This document shows positions 39,567 to 52,829 of a stretch of DNA of 55,594 nt, piece after piece. Positions within the stretch are counted from its first letter, which is position 1; each line of letters starts with the position of its first letter. Source of the DNA: Octopus bimaculoides (Eukaryota); the NCBI RefSeq assembly GCF_001194135.2, contig NC_068988.1, positions 24,929,523 to 24,985,116 on the forward strand, given 5' to 3'. The notes beneath the pieces are model-generated. The model worked only from the letters and a program-made list of their open reading frames with translations, ran no database searches and had not been told where the DNA came from. A program made the position numbers and the translations under genes.

Positions 39567-39928
39567 ATAAGAGAACTTGTTTCGAAGTAAAGTGTGAATT
39601 GAGACATACGATAATTGGAATACGTATCATTAATTTCAATGTATCACTATTTTTTAGTCATGAACTTATGCTATGAATAAATGCGGATGAAATATAGTTT
39701 GAAACCCTGAAATTTATTTTCAACCAAGATATAGCATTTTCGTAAATGCATTTTGATCACCGACTGCTCCAATTTCCACATTGCATGAACAATCTTTTTG
39801 GTATAATGTTAATGATATGCTAAACAGTTGTATTTTCCTGAATAACAACTAGAATTTACTCTAGGATGATATAACCATAACGTTCCGGTAGATGATGTAT
39901 GATTTAATGAGTTTGTTTTCTTTATTGT

Positions 39929-40285
39929 ACTACTGGACTTACTTATGACCAATGCGACTTACGACCAGTGCGACTTACGACCAATTCGACTTACGACCAT
40001 CCGAACTTGTGACCACAAACAATAAGGAAATAAAAAAATAGATAAACAATTTTCGGACGACAGTGCAGCTGCGCGTACGATAACTATGGCAGAATCTGGC
40101 AATGCAGGCCTCCTTGAGAACCAGGCATTCATTGCCTGTCACTATCACTCACTGAGTCGCTTTGAAGCATCAGCTGCGTTTGAATGAATAAATGTGTTGA
40201 AAAATATAAATCTGACATGTTACCAGACCGACTTACGACCTGTCAGTCGGAACGGAACTCGGTTGTAAGTCAAGCTGAAGGTGTA
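39929..40285. mobile_element. Tigger/pogo-like MITE with subterminal 16-bp tandem repeats
   Basis: ACTTACGACCAGTGCG-like unit about 4.6 times (39941-40014), again at 40231, and inverted as GGTTGTAAGT at 40261. The right end is GTGTA. Confidence 0.6.
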
Positions 40286-41300
40286 ATGTTAAGTAAATGC
40301 ACCTACAGAAGAGTCAATATTGAAGGTTACCAAACGGCTGTAATCATATGGAAATCTATGCCTATATATTTCATAATAGCCCTCAGTATTTCCATATTTC
40401 TGGAAGTACCGAACTTCTGGAAATCGGATAATAATTCCGTACTAAATTTGTCATTTAGCATGGTTGGCCAACTCCTAGAAATCAAAGAAGACTTGCTGAT
40501 GATGTGTCTATACAATTAGTCGAGTAGAATATGTTGATAATATTGATTTAGAGGAGAATTTTAGCTTTTCCTGGAATCAAAAACACACTGGCGATAAATA
40601 TTACTTCTCACTATACTTGCTGATTTCGTCTCTTATAAAGATTGTCTTAACGAATTAATTTGCTTGCTGCAGAATCAGTGACTGTGTGTTACATATTTTC
40701 TATATATTGCAAGTTGGGTTGAACTATTACTATGTCAAGCAGACGAGTATCAGTCACCGAGGATGACAATAAAAAGGTTGAAACCGCACGGTCTGATGGT
40801 CACGATAGGGGGAATAGTAGGGTGTTCTCTCCTCGCTTGCAATATATATTGAGTGCATAGTGCACTGGGTAACTAGCTGGAGGGGGCATCCTCCTGGGGT
40901 TAACCTTACGTTCTTAAACAACAACCATGTCGATAAACATTAATTCTCAATATAGATACTGCTTTCGTCTCATGTAGATTTTCATAACAAGCAAATTTGC
41001 TTATATGTGTGTGTATGTGTGTGTGTGTGTGCGTGTACATATACAATATGCACCTATACACACATACATGCTAGCAAACGCACACGGATACTTGTTTATA
41101 TGTTTTAAGCCTTCTGATCATTGGAAATTGATTGCAAACGAATATTAACACGCTTGATAATTACCCTTCCTGCAGGTTAATATTCTTATTGTTCTTGAAT
41201 TGTTTTATATGTACATGGTCAAATCCAACTCCATGTGCATCCTATTCTTCTATTTAACATACTCGACTCGCCTTTGATATGAAAACATTTCATATTGGTT

Positions 41301-41336
<36 letters not shown>

Positions 41337-41362
41337 GCATACATACATACATGCATAAATAC

Positions 41363-41402
<40 letters not shown>

Positions 41403-42127
41403 GTCAAGTATTGCCTCTAACATATATATATATATATAGACATATATACTAGTGATTGAATAGAATCTATCAGAACAACGGTGTTGTATTTACTGAATAT
41501 TCATGTTTCAGTCAACACACACACTTACGCATGTACACTCGTTCATACATCCATCCAACCAACCAACCATTTATCAATCAATCCATCCATCCATCCATCC
41601 ATATGCGTGTGCGCGTGTGCGTGTATGTAGATATCCGTGTGTGGAATTATATATTACAATACTTTTGTACTTTACATTTACATTTGTATGGTGTCTCCTT
41701 GCATGGAATCATATTCAATTGTCTGTGAGATTTCAGAAATGATTGCTCGTTGAAACAATTCTCTGTATGTTGGGTACTGATTATTGGTATAGCGTAAGGA
41801 CAATAAATCGATAATGTCCCCAACAGATGCACCAAAGATTAATCATCTTTATATTATTGCAAATTATAAGACCGTGTACACTTGGTTGATTTCAATCAAA
41901 GACATTCTTAGACTGGGAGTATTCAATTATGTGCAAACTCTAAATACAAACATAGAAATACTATCCGCAACATCTCCTTTATTGAAATGGTCTGGTTGTA
42001 TTTAAAACCACTTCCAAATCGATGAAACTACTCCAGTCATAAATCTTAAATCTACGAATACTTGCTTGTATACCTGAGAATGTATGCATGTATGTATGTA
42101 TGTATGTATGTATGTATGTATGTATGT

Positions 42128-42504
42128 GTGGAGGCGCAATGGCCCAGTGGTTAGGGCAGCGGACTCGCGGTCATAGGATCGCGGTTTCAATTCCCAGACC
42201 GGACGTTGTGAGTGTTTATTGAGCGAAAACACCTAAAGATCCACGAGGCTCCGGCAGGGGATGGTGGCGAACCCTGCTTTACTCTTTCACCACAACTTTC
42301 TCCCACTCTTACTTGCGGTTTCTGTTGTGCTTGTAATTCAAAGGGTCAGCCTTGTCACACTGTGTCACGCTGAATATCCCTGAGAACTACGTTAAGGGTA
42401 CACGTGCCTGTGGAGTGCTCAGCCATTTGCACGTTAATATCACTAGCTGGCTGTTCCGTTGATCGGATCAACTGGAACCCTCGACGTCGTAAGCGACGGA
42501 GTGC

Positions 42505-42551
<47 letters not shown>
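42128..42551 (+). mobile_element. Full-length SINE family B with (CAA)n tail, inserted in (TATG)n
   Basis: A-box TGGCCCAGTGG, B-box GTTTCAATTCC and (CAA)n tail; (TATG)n on both sides. Confidence 0.93.
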
Positions 42552-45459
42552 GCATGTATGTATGTATGCATGTAAGTATGTATGTACGTATGCATGTATG
42601 TGTGTATGTATAAGTTTGTGCGTGTGCGTATGTGCGTGCGTGTATGTCTGTGTGTGTATATATATATAATAAGGGTGTCTTAGCAATTTTACAACCGAAA
42701 GACAGAAATATACACGTCCAAGCATCACACTGATTTCGCATTTTTATTAATGCTCGTCAGTGACTCTCACCTAGCTCCTTGGTTTAAATGCAATATAAAT
42801 ATATATTTATTTATATATACACACATGCATATTTATGTAGAAAATGTTGCACAAACATAAGTACCTCTCTCTTTCTCTCTGTATCTCTCTGTATCTCTCT
42901 CTCTCTCTCTCTCTCTCTGTATATATATATATATATATATANNNNNNNNNNAAATCACAAGTTAATATCTCAAGGTAGCTGATAGTGTTACTTTGAAATA
43001 TTAATAATGGAAAGACCACCGCTGAGTGGCCATCGTTAAAGTAAATCATGCATAACTTACATAGTTATACCTTTACTTGTGAACAAGGTAAAGATTTGGA
43101 TATATTGGTTCTGGTAAAACCTAGCAAAATAAATATTCGCCTCAGTAATCAAATAATTTCTATCTCTCTATCTGTCTTTAATTTCACCAGGCCGTTGACA
43201 ACCGTAAGACCGACAAGATTAACACCCTATTTATCAGCTGTATGTCAAGGACAGCAGAACCAAATGTGCAGCGAGGGAATCCCAATTGGCTTACGTTTTG
43301 AGGATAGAGGACTAAGTGTAATGGTTCTGGCGGTTCTTAGGAGTGGTGGTGGGGATATTAAGGCCGATGAGAGGATATTCACAAACTATGATAAGAGGAT
43401 TGAATTGATGTCTATTTGAGGGGATTGAATTGGTGTCAATGATACACAAAGATATACAAAAAGAGTTATTGGTGGTTGGGTCACCCTCGCGGAATTATAG
43501 AGAAAGCATATATATGTGGCGGAGTTGTGGATGGATATTTTCAGCCAACGCAAAAGGAAATGTTTGTTGCTAATATTGAGGTGAGAGAGTTGAAGGGTGG
43601 GGAGTGTGTAACTTATATATGCGCAGACTTACCATTTAGCTTAAATTACTTGCATTAAGTAAATTTAGAAAGCATGCCACTTGAACGTTTTCATATTAAC
43701 TAACATATTCAATTAATCTTCTTTTATACCTTATGTTGGAAGTGATAGCAGAAGAGTGAATAGGCTATCTCCGCTCGTATTTCAATAATCAATTTTAAAT
43801 ATTAAATGTTAATGTGCTCCATAAAAACTTAAATAGAAAAAAAAATAAACTCATTTCCCACTTTCATTTCAATATTGCATTTGATTTCCTGTCATATTTT
43901 TTAAAATTAAAAATATTGAAGCTAATATGTTAGAAACATTTTAGCACCTTTTATAAACGACTTTAATTTATCAGAAACAGTTATTGAAATATAGTATGTG
44001 CATGTTTACTCAATGTAAACTAAATATATATTAATTTAACACAATCAAATACAAACAACATTAAGCCAACTGATAAAAAATAAAGAAATATAAAGCGAAA
44101 TTTCAAAATTATATTTTATACAAAACATTAAAGCAAAGCTTAATGATATCATTATGTTCTCATATTCAAAATTGGCGACTATTCTCTTCCACTCTATTCC
44201 CGACCAACATCCGTTGACAGTCTGCAAATTTAATCCTACCTAGCACCTCTAGGTAAGAAAGAGACCACTACTTTAAGTATTCTCTGAGACACAAATCGGT
44301 CACCTTTTGTCTCGAATAAATTCTTAGCAGTCCAGGCTACATTGCAATCTCCAACTTAATGACGAAGAGTGGGTAATTATGTTTTAATTGGTCTTGTCTA
44401 ATTGTTCTTGACTAATTGGTTTTGTTTAATGGTTTAAGTGGCCTTGTCTGAGCATGTCTGCGAGCACCTTCGCACGTAATAACTGTTACATATATTGCAT
44501 ATTCAATTCGTTAAAAGTTTCTATTTCTATTAAATATATTTGTTGTCTCTAACACTTGCAAAACCCCTGCTACCACAAACTATTTGTTATACATAGAAAC
44601 AGTGCACCGCATTGCCAACTAATCGATCGTTCTCTCATTCGGTGGTTATGTCTTAGAAAGAAAGGGCACGATTTTAATCTCCTGATTTTGCAACATCTCA
44701 TAATATTGGAAACTGTCGTAAACAACTTCATTTATCATCTCTATCTATTTCCATCTCTTACATAACGAGTTCAACAGTTTGGATATAAAAATAAAATAAG
44801 AACTTTTTCCTATTGCTTCATGCAATAGTTGCCACTATGTCTTCAGAACTTACATTAAAGAATATTGTATTTGAAACCAGACCAACAGATTTACAGATTG
44901 TATGTGGCGTGGAGTTTTTTTTTTACTAACATTACTCATCTATGGGCTCCAAGTATCTCATGTTTCTAAAATCAGAAGGATGTTGTGTCTATATAATTAC
45001 AGAGGATATTGAATGCTTGACTCGAGTTAGTACATATTCTCTCAACTGTATCGTATCCTAAGGTTCAATGACACTTCTGCATAATTCCGGTTTCTTTTAC
45101 TTCGGACTTATAAATATGAAGACTTTTCTTTTATTTACTCACAATCCAACGAATGCATCATATGTTTACAATCCCTTCTTAAACAGTGTCCTCGAAACAT
45201 CTTCCAACAGGGATTTAACCCATCTCATTTAATACCGCGTAGCTACATATAATAATTTCACAGATATATATANNNNNNNNNNNNNNNNNNNNNNNNNNNN
45301 NNNNNNNNNNNNNNNNNNNNNNNNNNNNNNNNNNNNNNNNNNNNNNNNNNNNNNNNNNNNNNNNNNNNNNNNNNNNNNNNNNNNNNNNNNNNNNNNNNNN
45401 NNNNNNNNNNNNNNNNNNNNNNNTATATATATATATATATATATATATCACTCACATCT

Positions 45460-45780
45460 TTCTTACACTGACCCAGATAGTTAAACCTCTCTAAGTCAAC
45501 TGAAGGTCTCATATTCGCATTGATTAAAACGAACATCTTCAAGACCTACTCACACCTCCTTAACAACCTCACACCCAGAAAGCCCTACACTTACAATCCT
45601 CCTCCAGTGTCACGATACTGTTGTGTAACAATCTAATAATACAAAGATCATTTAAACTTGCGAAATAGATTACGCAGAAAATCCTTTGTATCTCTCCTCA
45701 TTACTCAAGATAAATATACAAAAGAACGTGTACAACATCTCTACCATATTCACATCACGCACAGCAAAATAGTTAAACAT
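45460..45780 (+). mobile_element. Possible decayed Penelope GIY-YIG remnant
   Basis: Weak: STEG and KPYTYN...RYCC echo the GSTE and PY...CxLC motifs. Confidence 0.25.
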
Positions 45781-45799
45781 TCTTAGACTACTCAGATAC

Positions 45800-45965
45800 A
45801 GGTTCTGAGTTCAAATTCGGCCGTGGTCAACTTTGCCTTTCCTCCTTTCGAGGTTGATAAAATAAGCACCAGCTGTGTGCTTAGGTCGAATATGATCGAC
45901 TGTCCCCCTCCTAAGAAAATCCAGGCCTTGTGCCAATAGTAAAAATGATTATTGTTGTTGTTGTT
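45800..45965 (+). mobile_element. SINE family C, 5'-truncated
   Basis: GTTCTGAGTTCAAATTCGGCCG...GATAAAATAAGCACCAG...GGCCTTGTGCC, followed by an ATT/GTT tail. Confidence 0.85.
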
Positions 45966-46383
45966 TTCTTGTGATTGTTATTAAATAGAATTTGCTGAAA
46001 TTTAAATCTAAAAATGTCTAGACAAATTGTAATTTGCGGCCTCATACGATAGTAAAGATTAACATACTCGAAAATGCTATTGCGTTAATCTTATAAAAAT
46101 ATTTCAGTCTGTTTACTTAAGCATTTGTTGTATGAACAGCTTCTACAACAATCATACATACAAAGTCTGATGCACATATCATACGAAACTATTTCTTTAT
46201 AGCTCTGCTGGGTATATGATACTAATTTACATGCAGAATTAAGATGGAGAATCTGTCAATGTTTTAAAACGAAGATACACTGTTTTTCATTACTATAACG
46301 ACAGAAAGATGTGATGTGAGAGAGCTAACGGGACAATAATTTACATTATTGTATACATATCTGTCTGTCTGTCTGCCTGTCTG

Positions 46384-46424
<41 letters not shown>

Positions 46425-46620
46425 TTAATCTTTTACTTGTTTTAGTCATTAGACTGCGGCCATGCTGGGGCACACTTTGAAGTACTTAGTCGCACAAGTA
46501 GATCTCAAAACTCATTTTTCAAGCCTGTTGCTTATTCTATCGACATCTTTTGTCGTACCACTAGGCTACTGGAACGTAAACTAACCAATAACATCTCTCA
46601 AACAGTGGTAGGGGAGAAAT
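46425..46620 (-). mobile_element. SINE family A, 3' half
   Basis: TTTTACTTGTTTTAGTCATTAGACTGCGGCCATGCTGGGGCAC...TTATTCTATCG. Confidence 0.82.
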
Positions 46621-48370
46621 CGTAAAAGCCAAGAGTGGTATTATGTTCATTTTTGATTGCTAAATTAGAATTACCTGACCACGCACAAACCGTTGCAGCA
46701 GTTTTCGTAGTGGTTGTTGTTTCCCTTTCTTTCTGACTGGTATTTCACGCGGTTGGTATTTTGTTGTGAAGGGCATTCTTCCCTTGATGTGTTGCCGTTG
46801 AGTTGTATTTTCACCAAATTTACAGACAGAAAACAATCATAAATTTTAGTTGTTTCTTGCCTGCATCTGCGTCTATAGGTTCACTTAGTTCTATTTGTCT
46901 CCATTCCAGTGTTTTAATTTGCGATCAATGTGTTGTCGTACAGCGTGTATCGTTTGTACAACATTATGTTTCCCAAACGCTCCTTCATGTGTGTGTGGGT
47001 GTGTGTGGGTGTGTGTGTACATGTATGCATGTTTATATATATTTATATATATATGTGTGTGTGTGAGAGTATATACTAGGAGAAATTGGAAGACCGGAGG
47101 ATAATAGAGAAACAAAATCAAATCTATAAATATAGGGTATCTGTTGTTCCGTTGATACAGCGACAAAATAACAAACTCTAAGCATATACTGATGGGACAT
47201 GGGATATTGTGAGACACTACTTCCAGTTCAATCAGTTATATATAATATAATATAACATTTTATATATATNNNNNNNNNNNNNNNNNNNNNNNNNNNNNNN
47301 NNNNNNNNNNNNNNNNNNNNNNNNNNNNNNNNNNNNNNNNNNNNNNNNNNNNNNNNNNNNNNNNNNNNNNNNNNNNNNNNNNNNNNNNNNNNNNNNNNNN
47401 NNNNNNNNNNNNNNNNNNNNNNNNNNNNNNNNNNNNNNNNNNNNNNNNNNNNNNNNNNNNNNNNNNNNNNNNNNNNNNNNNNNNNNNNNNNNNNNNNNNN
47501 NNNNNNNNNNNNNNNNNNNNNNNNNNNNNNNNNNNNNNNNNNNNNNNNNNNNNNNNNNNNNNNNNNNNNNNNNNNNNNNNNNNNNNNTATATATATATAT
47601 ATGTATATATATACATATATGTATGTATGTATGTATGTATTTATGTATGTATGTATTCACCAGGGAAATTCGCAACTTATATGTTGATTGTGTTGTGTGA
47701 AGGGAATAGCTGTTCTTGGCAAAGTACATAGAGCAATTACTTCATGTAGAATATGAGCTATAGTACTGGGACTTTATTGGATTTTGTACAAGTCAAATAT
47801 TTGTTAATCCGTTCTGTTTGTTCAGGTGTGTCCCACTGCATGTATCCAGATAACCGAATGTATATTTGCAGTTGCTTCTTGGAGACGACGATACTTTTCA
47901 TTAGATCGTTATTTTCATAATAATCTTTCTATGGAGATAATCGATATTGTAATATACAGTTCTGTAAATAAATCAGTTATCTGTTTCACTTAAATGATAA
48001 GTGTAACTAATCTCTGTCACTTCATTTCTGCGTGCAGCTAGAGTGCAGATTTCAAAAAATAACGCTATCTACTGGTAATCCGTTAGATTCTCTATTTTTC
48101 ACTGTTTATAATGCTATTTGCGATATTAATATTATAGTCTCAGCTCAATCCTTCAACATAATTCCAAATATGAATTAGTATGATGTAAAAATCGAAACAG
48201 GCAAAAGCAAAATGCAGATGTTATTTAGATACATCAAATTGTGCGTTTCAAAATGCTTTTACTGTTGTACACTTAACAAATACAAATTGGTAAAAACACA
48301 CAAATGTATAAACAGAAACGCACACAGACATGCACGCACAAACACAGGCACTTATGCTTGCCGATGTAAT

Positions 48371-48425
<55 letters not shown>

Positions 48426-48504
48426 ATGCATATAAATAAACACATGGAGATATAAATATAGATATATACAAGCACAAATATATTCATACAATACACATAC
48501 ACAC

Positions 48505-48547
<43 letters not shown>

Positions 48548-48839
48548 CACGCACACACACACACACACATGTATGTATTTATACTGACGAGGGTCGACTG
48601 AAATGTTCGGAGACGAGTGAAGTTCGTATTAGTTCGCAGTGTAGTCGGAAGGTCTCAGTTGGTTAGTTCACAAGGAATATTATTTGTTAGTTCGTAAAGA
48701 GAATTGTTAGTTCATTACATTGTTGTTACTATTGTCTGATTATCTAATTTATTGTACGTAATAAATTACGTTACATCTGGTGATGAAGGTTTTCGAAGCT
48801 CACGTAGGTTAATTAACAATTTGTTGTTGATACAACTTT

Positions 48840-49780
48840 TTAAATAAACGAAGATGTATTAGCTTCCACAGTACAGTTGCAAAAGCAACAACAAGAGAAG
48901 CAACAGGGGTTACAGAAGCAAGTACAACAACAATTATTGGAGGTATATTCAAAGAAGACCAAAAATGAAGTAAGTTCGTTTTCGACAGACGGCGTTTCGA
49001 AATCGATTAATGAATTCAGTTATAACCCAGAGGAGGATATAACGTTTGTATCGTACTTCAGAAGATACGAGGAGATTTTTAAGCAAGATTGCAAATCATG
49101 GTCGGATGAACAAAAAGTGAGATTGTTATTGCAAAAATTGACTCCGTTAGAGCATGAATGTTACTGTAATTTCATATTGCACGAAAATAAAAAACCCAAT
49201 GAAATCTGTTTTAAATAGAAAATAGAATTACTGTCTAACATATTTGATGATAAAACGTCTCTATTTAACACTGGAATCGAGTGTTGGAATATAATAAAAA
49301 AAAAGAGAATGATGATGTTATCATATACGAAGTAACAGTCAACAGGATGTGTGAAACTTTTAAACTCAAAGAACTTACACCTGAGATGTTCAAGTATCTT
49401 ATTTTCGTACAAGGCCTTACAGCAAGCGAAGATTCAGAAATCTGGGCAAGAATTCTTTCTAAATTGGAACAAGCGATCCAAAAGCTAACCTTACAGTCCG
49501 TGGCAAAAGAATGTCAAAGGATTGTAAACCTGAAACACAATGTAGAAACATTTCAAGGAAAAGGTTCCTCAAAAATACAGATATGCTGACCGGAAAAGTG
49601 CAATCAAAAAAGAGCACCACGTCCTAATCTATGTTATGGATTCGGGGCATGCATTTCAGGAAAGACTTTCCAGTTAAAAATCAAAAATGTTACAGTTGCA
49701 AAAGAATTGGTCACAAGAGTTCAAACTGCAGAACAAAATTACGAAGGTCAAACGTTAAAATTCCTAGAGTGCTCTCAGGA
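48840..49780 (+). pseudogene. gag: Gypsy gag remnant
   Basis: FSYNPEEDITFVSYFRRYEEIF...FKYLIFVQGL...CYSCKRIGHKSSNC; interrupted by stops and frameshifts. Confidence 0.85.
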
Positions 49781-49789
49781 GAAACAAAC

Positions 49790-50110
49790 ATCGACTCCCA
49801 AATAAGAAAGCTCGTTCACGTAAAAATAAACGGAATGCATATTAAACTTCAATTGGATACTGGGAGTAATATTTCAGTAATAAATATGGAAGAAAAATAA
49901 GGAAACCTACGTTGAGAATAACAATGAAATTTGCTCGTAGCGTGACGGGCGATATATTACATTTCATAGGCGAAATGTGGACTAATGTCACATTTCGAGG
50001 GAAAACATGCAAAATGAAAGTCTTTGTCGTTACAAATGCAACCAATCTGTTTGGCACCTATTGGTTAGAATTATTCGATTTTTGGGACTTCCCCATAAAT
50101 CACTATTCTA
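49790..50110 (+). pseudogene. pol: Gypsy aspartic protease remnant
   Basis: VKINGMHIKLQLDTGSNISVI...NLFGTYWL, with an in-frame stop. Confidence 0.88.
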
Positions 50111-50229
50111 AAAACGTAAATGTTTGTCCTTCTAAAAATAATTCGTCGGAAGAGTTAAAGAGAAAATGAAAAGAAAACGTGTTTCCCCAAATATTCTCAG
50201 ACAAACTAGGTATATGCACTAAGATTGAA

Positions 50230-51060
50230 AGCCTATGGTCTAGGATACATATCTTCTTCGCTGCACCAGTGAACGGCACATATTGTCTAATCCTTATGGA
50301 TAACTATACCAAGTGGCCAGAGGTATGCAGATGTAACAAATCCACAGCAAAACAACAATATAGTTCCTACTCGAGTTATTTGCTCGATGCGGTGTTCCAG
50401 ACACAATAGTTTCAAATAATGGAACACAATTTACGGGATATGAATTAAGAAATGTTCGCAAAATACATGCCATAATGCACACCACCCGAGGTCAAATGGA
50501 CAGGCGGAAAGACTTGTCGACACGTTGAAAAGAGCTTTAAGAAAAGCCAGGAATGAGAGCTAGATAACGACGAGGCACTAGCGAAATATTTGAGAGTATA
50601 TAGAATAAAAATACTAATTCAAGAAAGTCACCAGCAGAGTTAATATTCGCGCGTAAAATAAAATCGACCTTCGATAGATTATTGCCAGGATAAATATATA
50701 TAAAGGAAAATCAAAATATATATTTTAAGGAAATACCGGAACTATTACAAAACATTTCGAAGTAGGAGATAAAGTTCACTTTAAAAATTACAAAAATGGT
50801 AAGAAGGTTGGGAAGATCGTTATGTAACCAAAGGGTAAGTTAACATGGTGTATTTAATTAAAGGACAATGTTCGGAATATCAGAGACACTTTAACCAGTT
50901 AAAGATGCGACATACAGAAGAACGAAGAGTAATACCAATGGAAGTCTTCTATGATATATTTGAAGTGCTAGGACCGAGAGATAATGATCCCCATAGAACT
51001 AGTTTCAGAAAACGTAAATAGACTGAATATCTGGAAGTAATATCTAAACGAAAAAGATAT
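50230..51060 (+). pseudogene. pol: Gypsy integrase remnant
   Basis: WSRIHIFFAAP..LILMDNYTKWPEV, then GVPDTIVSNNGTQF and HPRSNGQAERLVDTLKRAL across frameshifts. Confidence 0.88.
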
Positions 51061-51495
51061 TAACATTTTTTAAAAAACCAAGTGTGCTTAGTACAACGAA
51101 AAGAAAAAAGTGTTGTGTGCAACGAACAATACTATCTTAAAAGCCAGGTAACAATTAAGATACAACAGATACAAAAAAGGAGAGGTGCTAGAAAGGAAAA
51201 AAAATAAAAATAAAGAAATTCTATTTTCTCACAGTTGTCGAAATCTCAAAAGGGGAGATGTGCTGATGAGAGTTACGACGACCCCTAGCAAGAGATAGAC
51301 TGGGCCGAGTAATGCACAAATAGTAACAATCCCAGTGATTCCGAGGTTAAGAGTTCGGAGTCGAGTGAAGTCCATGTCAGTTCGCGGTTAGTTCACAAGG
51401 AATATTGCTTACTATTTTGTAAAGTGATTTGTTAGTTCGTTACATTGTTGTTACTGTTGTCTGGTTGTCTTATTTCTTGGACGTAACAAATTACA

Positions 51496-51570
51496 CTACA
51501 ACAGTTACATAAGATTTATCTCCTTGGCACGGCCAGAATAATCCAGAAAGTATTAGAAAAAAACTTGTGA
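51496..51570 (+). mobile_element. R4/Dong-like element 3' terminus followed by (AAT)n
   Basis: Translates as LQQLHKIYLLGTARIIQKVLEKNL*, the LLGTARI.RKVL C-terminus of RLE-type non-LTR ORFs. (AAT)n follows at 51583-51700. Confidence 0.7.
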
Positions 51571-51611
51571 TAAAAAGAAATAATAACAATAAGAATAATA
51601 AAAAAAACGAC

Positions 51612-51673
<62 letters not shown>

Positions 51674-51702
51674 TAATAATAAGAAGAATAATAATAATAA
51701 AG

Positions 51703-51840
51703 GTTTCAAATTTTGCCATAAGGGCCGCCATTTTGAAGGAGAGGACTAGTTACATCGACCCCAGTACGCAACTGGTACTTAATTTATCAGCCCCAAAAGG
51801 AGAAAAGGCTAAGTCAACCGCGCCGGAATTTGAACTCAGA
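51703..51840 (-). mobile_element. SINE family C 3' fragment embedded in (AAT)n
   Basis: GGTTTCAAATTTTGCC...ACATCGACCCCAGT...GGAATTTGAACTCAGA, with (AAT)n on both sides. Confidence 0.85.
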
Positions 51841-51872
51841 ATAATAATAATAATAATAACAATAACAACAGC

Positions 51873-51935
<63 letters not shown>

Positions 51936-52488
51936 TATAATATTTATAATTGCATGGGGATTCGTCATTACATTGCATTGCGACGTTCCAGAGGTACGAC
52001 CTTCAACGATTTTTATTTCATTATATCAACACTGGTAGTTTCTGTAGTAATTATTAGCCCAATAGTGAAGTCGACAAGGCGTAAAGTGACGTAATCAAGA
52101 ATGGATGGAAATAACAGAATCTATTTTTTTTTTCACTCACTGAATATGGGAGCCTACACGCCAAATAGAGAAGCACACATGTCCACACATATCGTAAATA
52201 TAACATACATCATTGCTTTTTAGAACATATAATAATTGATTATTTTTCCCCACTTGATATAAATATCACAACGATAAATTTCGAAACTAATTTTCTAAAC
52301 GTGTCGTTCTGTTATGATCAAATAAATAATCAATAAGCTGATTCAGAAAGCTGATAAATTAATGGCTGTGAACAAAAAAGACAAAAATCTCTAATGTCTT
52401 GTTAACCCTCTACATTTCCTGGCCGATAGAGAAAATTATTGAATAAAAATTATTTTTCCTTCTTTTGACCGTAACATACATATATACA

Positions 52489-52524
<36 letters not shown>

Positions 52525-52789
52525 TACATATAATGCATACATATATATAATACATACATAGATGAACACATACATACATACACATGTGAACATATATTTG
52601 GGGTGCGCATGTGTGCGTGTGCCTCTGAGTGTATGTAATGTGTGTGAATTCGCGTGTGTGTACCTTTCCCTTCCTTTGTATATACATATGTATATAACTC
52701 AGTATGCATGCACTCACACACGCACACACCCGCATACACACACACACACACGCACACACAGCCACATGTAGAAATACACACATATATAT

Positions 52790-52829
<40 letters not shown>

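Larger units (their letters stand above)
48580..51500 (+). mobile_element. Ty3/Gypsy LTR retrotransposon (Mag/K02A2.6-like), decayed, RT/RNase H deleted
   Basis: 5' LTR at about 48580-48775; PBS-like TGGTGATGAAG at 48778; gag with two zinc knuckles; protease LDTGS; integrase; PPT AAAAGGGGAGA at 51248-51258; 3' LTR TG...CA at 51259-51500. Confidence 0.9.

Noticed and set aside
39941-40014. Regular short direct repeats reminiscent of a CRISPR array
   Set aside because: The units are contiguous 16-mers with no unique spacers, in a eukaryotic context with no cas genes.
42128-42200. tRNA-like A/B boxes (also at 2237, 7230-7297 and 39352)
   Set aside because: They continue into SINE bodies and I cannot fold a full cloverleaf, so they are SINE heads rather than tRNA genes.
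43190-43640. G/T-rich segment that may be a decayed Penelope N-terminal region on the minus strand
   Set aside because: The resemblance is compositional only; I could read no conserved motif.
44790-44852. Minus-strand CTGAAGA ... 7-bp hairpin ... GAAA
   Set aside because: There is an 11-nt insertion before the stem and no stem I complement; probably chance.
48580-48612. CTGACGA-GGGTCGACT-GAAA in the 5' LTR
   Set aside because: There is no stem I or III pairing, and the GAAA part is not conserved in the 3' LTR.
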